A DNA stretch of 20,631 nucleotides, taken from Campylobacterota bacterium (lineage in GTDB: Bacteria; Campylobacterota; Campylobacteria; Campylobacterales; Sulfurovaceae). A program made the translations under genes and the position numbers. Positions 1 through 5,872 of this stretch are shown piece by piece (the stretch's first letter is position 1; every line of letters starts with the position of its first letter). The notes under the pieces were generated by a model that did not search any database, was not told where the DNA came from, and worked only from the letters and a program-made list of their open reading frames with translations. The DNA is taken from NCBI GenBank assembly GCA_034722955.1, contig JAYEOM010000031.1, positions 1-20,631 of the forward strand, in the 5' to 3' direction.

Positions 1-451
1 TGTCATCTTTGTCATATACTGCCAATATGTAGGGTGGGTTTGCTAACCCACCAAATGATGAAGCCCATAGGTATTTTTCTGTGATTGTTCCATCTACTAG
101 TTTTGCTACTCTTTGGTTGTTGGCATTGTGTTTGTAGCTTATGGTTTGGGTTGGGGTATTTACCGAAAGGAGTTCTCCCATTGTGCCGTATCTGTAAGTA
201 CTTGTGCCTTCTTTTATGATTTTTTCGTTTAGGTAACCATCTTCATCGTATCTGTAGCTATTGTCTCCGTAGACCACTAGGCTATCATCTAGGGCATAAG
301 AGGCTGTGATAGTTTCATTATGGACTGTAGCAGAGGCTCTGTTTCCATTATTGTCATGGGTGTAGGTTTCTATGATATGTTTTTGGTTTTGTGGGGATAA
401 AGAGCGTGTATCAATACTAATAGGTACTATGAGTCTTGGATTATGTGACAT
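1..451 (-). CDS. Rhs/YD-repeat core protein (orphan Rhs module), runs off the left edge of the window
   Basis: Not in ORF track. Manual translation from ATG 451: MSHNPRLIVPISIDTRSLSPQNQKHIIETYTHDNNGNRASATVHNETITASYALDDSLVVYGDNSYRYDEDGYLNEK...TYRYGTMGELLSV...ISYKHNANNQRVAKLVDGTITEKYLWA...ILAVYDKDD. Repeated YxYD/NxxG-type YD motifs; frame open to position 2. Confidence 0.85.
   Translation of the reverse strand, partial: MSHNPRLIVPISIDTRSLSPQNQKHIIETYTHDNNGNRASATVHNETITASYALDDSLVVYGDNSYRYDEDGYLNEKIIKEGTSTYRYGTMGELLSVNTPTQTISYKHNANNQRVAKLVDGTITEKYLWASSFGGLANPPYILAVYDKDD
29..52 (+). repeat. GTAG-tagged REP-like palindrome (GTAG-GGTGGGTT-tgct-AACCCACC)
   Basis: Perfect 8-bp GC-rich stem with 4-nt loop immediately preceded by GTAG, in AT-rich coding DNA. 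Confidence 0.75.
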
Positions 452-498
452 TTTTTATTTTAGCTTGTTTTGGCTTTTGTTTGGGTATTTGTGAAATA

Positions 499-524
499 TG
501 CATTCCCACGAAATCGTGGGAACG
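499..524 (+). repeat. REP-like palindrome TGCATTCCCACG-aaat-CGTGGGAACG
   Basis: Perfect stem TTCCCACG/CGTGGGAA (503-510/515-522) in the intergenic gap between the immunity gene and the Rhs ORF. A related degenerate copy is at 4425-4450. Confidence 0.7.
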
Positions 525-555
525 AAGAATAGAGGACGATTGGAGTGAATAAAAT

Positions 556-1005
556 CTATTTTGGAATATACTCATCATAATATTTTTGATTAATGAAAAC
601 AGGACATTTGCGTTCATCACAAAAGAAAAATCCATAATCAGAAAAATCCTTCATAACGATTGTTGTTAATTTTCTATTTTCTATATATAAATATACTTGT
701 GTACCATCTGTGCCAACAAAGCTTAATGTTGTATAGTTTAGGCGATATCCATTATTATCTTCAGAAATTTTTCTGCTAAAAGGTTCACCTAAAATTTGAA
801 TGACTTTACCTTCATCCATTCCAATTTTTAATAATGAAATACTTCTTTGATTTACGCCTTCAGCAATCTTACTCCCCAAAGGAAAAAAATAAAAAAAAAT
901 TATTATTATATAAATAATCAATAGTAACAAGATGAATTTGAGTAAATATATTAATAGTTTTATAAATTTTCTATAGATATTATTCATTTTGGTCTTCAAT
1001 ACCAT
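556..1005 (-). CDS. Putative Rhs immunity protein: N-terminal TM anchor plus BamE/SmpA_OmlA-like motif
   Basis: Directly downstream of, and overlapping, the Rhs-CT ORF. Very AT-rich. Hydrophobic N-terminal helix, then 'LLKIGMDEGKVIQILGEP' (SmpA/OmlA-like). Start may be the second Met (MNNIYRK). Confidence 0.65.
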   Translation of the reverse strand: MVLKTKMNNIYRKFIKLLIYLLKFILLLLIIYIIIIFFYFFPLGSKIAEGVNQRSISLLKIGMDEGKVIQILGEPFSRKISEDNNGYRLNYTTLSFVGTDGTQVYLYIENRKLTTIVMKDFSDYGFFFCDERKCPVFINQKYYDEYIPK

Positions 1006-1415
1006 CCTATTACTCCTAAATCATCTTTTGAAGGACCACATCCCCAAAAAGAAAAACACTTACCTTTTCGTCCAGGCAATTTGTCATACAACCAAGGACT
1101 ATCTATGTTTTTGGGTACACTTGGTACTAAATCAATACCCTTTGGATTTCCCATATTATCAACATGGCAAATACTTAAATTTGATACTTTATTCCAGTCT
1201 CCACCCCAGTGAGGTGGCCTATATCCATCTATATTTGCCGTTTGTCCAGGGAAAAGCCATTGTGCTGGCAGTTTACCATTCTCTGGTTGTATCCATACTG
1301 GATATGAATAATCATTTCTAAAGGGAGCTAATCCATCACTATCCACCAACCCCACAGGATCCCCCAAAACATACCCATACAAACTAGAGTCCCCACCATC
1401 AAACCCAATAGGATC
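996..1415 (-). pseudogene. Orphan Rhs C-terminal toxin cassette (end of Rhs core plus ~111-aa CT domain), 5'-truncated
   Basis: Frame extends upstream of the track's TTG start to give DPIGFDGGDSSLYGYVLGDPVGLVDSDG-LAPFRND..., the canonical Rhs core terminus (PxxxxDPxG-like). In-frame TAG at 1416-1418; no clear RBS. Confidence 0.85.
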
Positions 1416-1424
1416 CTAGGTAAA

Positions 1425-1457
1425 GGGGTCAGGCGTTGAATATACACTTTTTTATGC
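1425..1457 (+). repeat. Solo promoter-side terminal repeat of TIR element family A (GGGGTCAGGCGTTGAATATACACTTTTTTATGC)
   Basis: Matches the reverse complement of 20396-20428 (T6 vs T7 tract); interrupted by the family B element just where the -10 box would be. Confidence 0.85.
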
Positions 1458-1822
1458 CATTCACCCCTGCCGTTCAATCTTCACTTTTACTACTCTTGAT
1501 AATCATAGAGATAGCCGACTTAGACAATCCAAGAAAGGAAGCGATCTCAATTTGAGAATAACCATCCTCTGCATAAGCCAAAGAGATAGCACTGTTCCTC
1601 TCTTGTTTACTCTCTACATCCATAAAATGCTCCTTTAATGATTTAGATTTACTAAGTACAACACTATGGCGAAATATATTCATTCTATCCGAACCACGGT
1701 TTATAATATGATGATAACCTGTTATATCTATTCCTGGTCTTGTTAGCATGATATCTCTCTTTTTTCTATTTGCCTTTAAATTATATTATAAAAGTGGAGA
1801 TTGAATGGCAGGGGTGAATGGC
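1456..1822 (-). mobile_element. 367-bp non-autonomous TIR element (family B) carrying an internally deleted HUH/Y1 transposase
   Basis: 34-bp inverted repeats 1456-1489 (GCCATTCACCCCTGCCgTTCAATCTtCACTTTTA) and 1789-1822, 32/34 identical. No target-site duplication seen. Confidence 0.85.
1474..1749 (-). pseudogene. Internally deleted REP-associated-type tyrosine (Y1/HUH) transposase: N-terminus fused in frame to C-terminal HTH
   Basis: N-term MLTRPGIDITGYHHIINRGSDRMNIF is the RAYT/TnpA-Y1 start motif (HxxNRGxxxxxIF). C-term EDGYSQIEIASFLGLSKSAISMIIK is HTH-like. The HUH (NHxH) and catalytic Tyr regions are absent; junction near 1665. Confidence 0.8.
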
Positions 1823-1860
1823 TAGCAGATATTAGCTAGCACATAATTTAGGAACCCTCT

Positions 1861-4071
1861 CTATCGTACAGAAAAGTTCTGTAGCTCTTTTAGCTTTCTC
1901 TCATAAAGTCTGCTCCTATTCTCATCACCTCTCTCTTTATGATAATATGCCAATCCAGAGATGATTTGAATATCTCCTGTATGTTTCATATAAGCCTCTT
2001 CGAGTATCTCGATAGCCTCTTTAGGATCACTCTCTCCTATAGCTATGGCATATACATATGCAAATCGTGCACTATCTCTGTCGAGTTGGAGAGCTTTTTT
2101 AAGCTCCTCTACTGCTCTGTGTGATTTTTTGTCTCTCACATACCAGAGTCCAATAGCATGGTGCAAGATAGCGATATTTGGTAGAGCTGCAACACCTTTT
2201 TGCAAAATATCAAATGCCTCTTTGTCTCTCCCCTGATTTGTAAGAAAATTACTGTAGTTTATATATGCAGGAACAAACTGCGGCTGAAGACGCATAGCTT
2301 CCCTATAGGCTTTTTCAGCTCTCTCAAACATCTTGCGATTGGTATAAAATAGACCCAAGGAGAGCTGTGACTCAGGACGCTCTGCAGTAAATAGCAGTGT
2401 TTTTTCATACTCGGCAAATGCTTTTTCAAGCATATCTTTTGTCTTCTGATCTACCTCTCCCAACGAGAGAGATGCAAGTTGGCGTGCAGCTTCTATTCGT
2501 ACTATTTTTATCGGATCACTTAGCATCTCAAATGTCTTTTTTAGACGCATTTTCATAGGGAAGGACTCTAAAGCCAGCAGTGCTGATCTGCGTATCTGAG
2601 GATCAGATCTTCTAAGCATTTGAAGTGTTGTCGTGTATGTCTGCTTGGAAGGGTAGGAGCCTAGATAAGCAGTTGCTGTAGCTTTAGCAATATCCGGTGC
2701 ATCACTCATAAGTATACTATAGAGACTTTTGGGTGCATCTTTGGTGTTTGATCTGAGTGCTTGCAGAGAGTGTGCAAAGTTCTGTTTGCCTATAGGTATC
2801 TCTCCATACCATTTTTTCATAGCATCTGTTGCCCATTGCGGATCTCTGTCTGTATGACAAAGGTTGCAGGCGTTAGGCAACTCTCTCATCTCCGCAGAGA
2901 GATCCGGTCTTGGCAGACGGAAAGAGTGGTCATTGCGGCTATCTACTCCCATATAGGTGCGTGCAGGCATGTGACAGCCTACACAGCTAGCTCCCTCACC
3001 CCCCTCCTTGTGTTTATGATGAGATGTGGCTGTGTACTTCTCTTCACTATGACACTGATAGCAGACTTTGTCCCCTTCGGACTTACGCTTGAGAGTATGT
3101 GGATTATGGCAGTCTGTACAGGTTACTCCGGCTGCATACATTTTGCTTTGTAAAAACGAGTCATAGACATAAACCTCATCCTCTATCTTCCCATCAGGAA
3201 AATATAGATTTTGCTCCAATTGTACTGCCAGATAGTGGTCAGCAAATTTATCACCGGGAGTGAAGTCGTCATCGAGCTGAGAGCGTCTGGAGTGGCATTT
3301 GGCACACACCTCTATCTCTTGATGATCTGCACCTATCTTTTTCTCTTTCGTATTTATATCCCATCTCCATTTTTTATTTTTAAAAGATAGTGCAAATCCT
3401 TTGAATTTCAACTCCTTGTGTGGTGTTTTACTCCATTCGATATGTTTGGAAGCTGGTCCATGACAAGCTTCACAAGAGACATCGATGATATCCCATGTGG
3501 TATGGTAACTTCTCTTCTCTGCATCATAGTTCTTTTTTAGATTTGTAGAGTGGCAGTCTGCACACATATAGTTCCAGTTAAAGTTTTGACCTGTCCAGTG
3601 CAGTATATCACCTGCTGTTACATTATCGTCAGCATGTATATGATACCAACGCTCTCCGCCATCCTCTTTGGTTCTGCTATCCCAGGCGATATCCATCACT
3701 TGGATATTCCCTTTTGGAAATTTGATCATATACTGCTGTAGAGGATAGACACCAAAAGTATAAGAGATTTCATAATCCCTCATAGAGCCATCTTCACTAT
3801 CTGTATTGACCATAAATTTGTCACCATCTCTAAAAAAGGTGGTGATGATACCATTGTAGTTAAACTTGGTATTGTTAAAATCCCCTTTGACAGACTTCTC
3901 ATCTGCCACCATCATAGCCAAATCATGATGTGAACCTCTCCATTCGCGTGTCTCTTTGCTATGACACTCCGCACAAGCTTTGTCACCTATATATGTAGCC
4001 TGATATGTAGCCTGCGGTTCTGCAAAAAGAGTAGAGAGTAGAGTCAAAACGAAAAATATCTTTTTGTGCAT
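1861..4071 (-). CDS. Periplasmic octaheme c-type cytochrome with C-terminal HEAT and TPR repeats
   Basis: Eight CxxCH motifs (CAECH, CADCH, CEACH, CAKCH, CTDCH, CYQCH, CVGCH, CNLCH). Signal peptide MHKKIFFVLTLLSTLFA. HEAT-like 'DPQIRRSALLAL', 'DPIKIVRIEAARQL'; TPRs such as 'AEKAYREAMRLQP'. ATG at 4071 preferred over GTG at 4080. Confidence 0.9.
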   Translation of the reverse strand: MHKKIFFVLTLLSTLFAEPQATYQATYIGDKACAECHSKETREWRGSHHDLAMMVADEKSVKGDFNNTKFNYNGIITTFFRDGDKFMVNTDSEDGSMRDYEISYTFGVYPLQQYMIKFPKGNIQVMDIAWDSRTKEDGGERWYHIHADDNVTAGDILHWTGQNFNWNYMCADCHSTNLKKNYDAEKRSYHTTWDIIDVSCEACHGPASKHIEWSKTPHKELKFKGFALSFKNKKWRWDINTKEKKIGADHQEIEVCAKCHSRRSQLDDDFTPGDKFADHYLAVQLEQNLYFPDGKIEDEVYVYDSFLQSKMYAAGVTCTDCHNPHTLKRKSEGDKVCYQCHSEEKYTATSHHKHKEGGEGASCVGCHMPARTYMGVDSRNDHSFRLPRPDLSAEMRELPNACNLCHTDRDPQWATDAMKKWYGEIPIGKQNFAHSLQALRSNTKDAPKSLYSILMSDAPDIAKATATAYLGSYPSKQTYTTTLQMLRRSDPQIRRSALLALESFPMKMRLKKTFEMLSDPIKIVRIEAARQLASLSLGEVDQKTKDMLEKAFAEYEKTLLFTAERPESQLSLGLFYTNRKMFERAEKAYREAMRLQPQFVPAYINYSNFLTNQGRDKEAFDILQKGVAALPNIAILHHAIGLWYVRDKKSHRAVEELKKALQLDRDSARFAYVYAIAIGESDPKEAIEILEEAYMKHTGDIQIISGLAYYHKERGDENRSRLYERKLKELQNFSVR

Positions 4072-4133
4072 AAGTACCACCTTTTGTATATAATTTTTTC
4101 TTAGTAAAGTTTAGTATATTGCTTTATATATGT

Positions 4134-4400
4134 TCAGGCGTTGAATATACACTACTTCCCTTTAACAATCTTACAAACTAAAGACCTATATACACCAAGA
4201 TGCTTTGTAATATTGGCTTGTGTATATCCATCTTCTAGTGCCATTAGTATAGCATCATTTCTCTCTATGTTTTGAAAATGCTCTTTTAGTCTTTTTTGAT
4301 AAGCTGGTCGATTGACTCTCTCAGTAGTGATAACTTTTTGTTGTTGTGTCTCCTGAAGTAGTTCTAGCTCTTTTTCTTTAATCTATACTTCTATGATACC
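4134..4400 (-). pseudogene. 3' remnant of family A Y1 transposase with its terminal repeat (TCAGGCGTTGAATATACACT, 4134-4153)
   Basis: Frame 4382->4152 reads IKEKELELLQETQQQKVITTERVNRPAYQKRLKEHFQNIERNDAILMALEDGYTQANITKHLGVYRSLVCKIVKGK*, similar to the C-termini at 1474-1640 and 20213-20350. No start codon. Confidence 0.8.
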
Positions 4401-4424
4401 CTGCGAATTACTGCACACTGTTAG

Positions 4425-4450
4425 GGCTAACCACGGAGACCGTGGGAGCC
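4425..4450 (+). repeat. Degenerate REP-like palindrome GGCTaaCCACGG-aga-CCGTGGgAGCC
   Basis: Stem CCACGG/CCGTGG extended by GGCT/AGCC; shares the CCACG...CGTGGGA core with 503-522. Confidence 0.6.
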
Positions 4451-4530
4451 ATTAGAAGCATCTAAAGCAGTAGTTTGATTTGTCAAATTACTCGCTCATC
4501 AGCTCTAGAGACTGTGAAAGAGCCTCTTTA

Positions 4531-4598
4531 GGGGTGTGGACTTTAGTCCACGAATCCCATAAGTCAGCTGTTTTTACAGGGACTAAAGTCCCTGCCCC
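4531..4598. repeat. Inverted REP doublet (REPIN-like): GGGGTGTGGACTTTAGTCCACG ... CAGGGACTAAAGTCCCTGCCCC
   Basis: Two hairpins (GTGGACT-tt-AGTCCAC; CAGGGACT-aa-AGTCCCTG) in opposite orientation about 25 bp apart. Confidence 0.75.
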
Positions 4599-4720
4599 GA
4601 ATGGCACTAAGTTAAGCATTTTTTCCTAATCTTATCAATTATCTTCAATCTTTAAAGTCCCTATTTTAGAGTACGAGTTAAAAAAAATGTTATATTGATC
4701 TGGAAAAAAAGAGTGCATTA

Positions 4721-5539
4721 TCACTTCTCTTTTTTCTCTTTCTCTAAAAAAGAGGTGATCACTTCTCTCGCATTAAATCCCTGTTTTTCAACTGTGCTTC
4801 TGAATTTATCCTCTTTTTTGGCTTTGATACCCATCGCATCTAACTGCTGTAAAAATTGATCTATATCTATGTTCAGCTCTTTGGCAATTTGTCCGAACTC
4901 TTTGCGTCCAAGTCCGCTAATCTGACTTCTCTTCTCTTTGGCACCTAGGGTGGCTGTGATCAATGTATATATCTCGATTGCTGTCATACTCTGATGGGCT
5001 GCTATCTCTTTGATCGTTTGGTTTTCCGATACACTTAGATTGTGCTCCTTTAGCACCTCTATCACCTTGGGTAGGTCATAACCTGTTTTTTGACTGAAAT
5101 CTTTCAGTGTAGACTCTTCGGCGTGTCCGTAGGGAGGCTCTTGACTCTTCTCTGCCCAGCCATCCTTGAGACTATCTCCCAACTGTAAAAAGTTTGAGAA
5201 TGGAGGTATGCTATAGAGTGTTCCTAGTAAAAACAGTAGAGAGATCAGCAGAGCTACGAGCATCTCTTTGGTAAAAAATATAAATTGTTTGAGGCGATTT
5301 TTCATGTAACCAGTCAGTGGCTTCCAGTTGTAATAGATATGCAAGATCGTTGCGATGACAAAAAGTACCATAAAAGTGGTATGGATCTGAGCAAACTGAT
5401 CTTTACTCCACCCAAACAGTTCCCAGTCGGTCCAGTAGGCGACTCTGCCGTGTGGTGCGATATAGAGAACAATACCGGTGTATACCATCATGAGGAGTGA
5501 CCACAGCATCAACAGTGATGTTATTTTTTTCAATTTCAT
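4721..5539 (-). CDS. DUF4405-domain membrane protein (His-containing, cytochrome b-like TM segment) with soluble C-terminal domain
   Basis: 'TGIVLYIAPHGRVAYWTDWELFGWSKDQFAQIH...LHIYYNWK' matches the DUF4405 pattern; three TM helices. Confidence 0.8.
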   Translation of the reverse strand: MKLKKITSLLMLWSLLMMVYTGIVLYIAPHGRVAYWTDWELFGWSKDQFAQIHTTFMVLFVIATILHIYYNWKPLTGYMKNRLKQFIFFTKEMLVALLISLLFLLGTLYSIPPFSNFLQLGDSLKDGWAEKSQEPPYGHAEESTLKDFSQKTGYDLPKVIEVLKEHNLSVSENQTIKEIAAHQSMTAIEIYTLITATLGAKEKRSQISGLGRKEFGQIAKELNIDIDQFLQQLDAMGIKAKKEDKFRSTVEKQGFNAREVITSFLEKEKKEK

Positions 5540-5610
5540 TTTTGAACAAACCGATCGTCATATTTTTGAAAGATATCCAGATTTTCATCGGTTGGAAATA
5601 TTGATCTCAT
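5536..5610 (-). other. 24-codon upstream ORF translationally coupled (ATGA overlap) to the DUF4405 gene
   Basis: MRSIFPTDENLDIFQKYDDRFVQK*; preceded by AAGGA RBS; its TGA overlaps the ATG at 5539. Confidence 0.45.
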
Positions 5611-5641
5611 ACTTTTTATCCTTTTTTGAGCGTGTGACTGA

Positions 5642-5869
5642 TGTCATGTAGTTTATTTAGTAGAATTTTATCATATTCCATATGATAAAGACCAATTCAA
5701 TGGTATTATTATCATTTTATTTATACTGGGATTTATTGTACTAGTCGTAGAAGACTCAACTCAAATGTCTACGATAGTAGGATTGTTGGGTGCTATCGCA
5801 GGCTATTTTCTAAAAGAGGGAAAAGATCTAATAGAGGAGCATGTAGCTACCAAGAAAGAGACAGAATAA
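5642..5869 (+). pseudogene. Headless fragment of a small two-TM membrane protein
   Basis: Open frame with no start codon ahead of the first TM segment: ...YDKDQFNGIIIILFILGFIVLVVEDSTQMSTIVGLLGAIAGYFLKEGKDLIEEHVATKKETE*; two hydrophobic segments and a charged tail. Confidence 0.45.
5665..5673 (-). promoter_or_regulatory. Extended -10 promoter (TGATAAAAT) for the uORF-DUF4405 unit
   Basis: TGnTAAAAT about 55 nt upstream of ATG 5610. Confidence 0.45.
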
Positions 5870-5872
5870 CTT

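Noticed and set aside
441..635. 64-aa minus-strand ORF in the track
   Set aside because: Overlaps the immunity gene in another frame and runs through a REP palindrome; no protein-like features.
883..899. A7-T-A9 tract as a phase-variation site
   Set aside because: Encodes Phe/Tyr/Ile of a TM helix in a very AT-rich gene; frame intact; Campylobacterota contingency tracts are usually poly-G/C.
989..1321. 110-aa plus-strand ORF
   Set aside because: Antisense shadow of the Rhs-CT cassette.
1821..1840. GCTAGC direct repeat as a target-site duplication of element B
   Set aside because: Both copies lie on the same side of the element; nothing matching at the left end.
1939..3741. Several plus-strand ORFs (61-130 aa) within the cytochrome gene
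   Set aside because: Antisense shadows of a well-supported CDS.
3991..4014. 12-bp tandem duplication (QATY-QATY)
   Set aside because: Real but trivial in-frame slippage just after the signal peptide.
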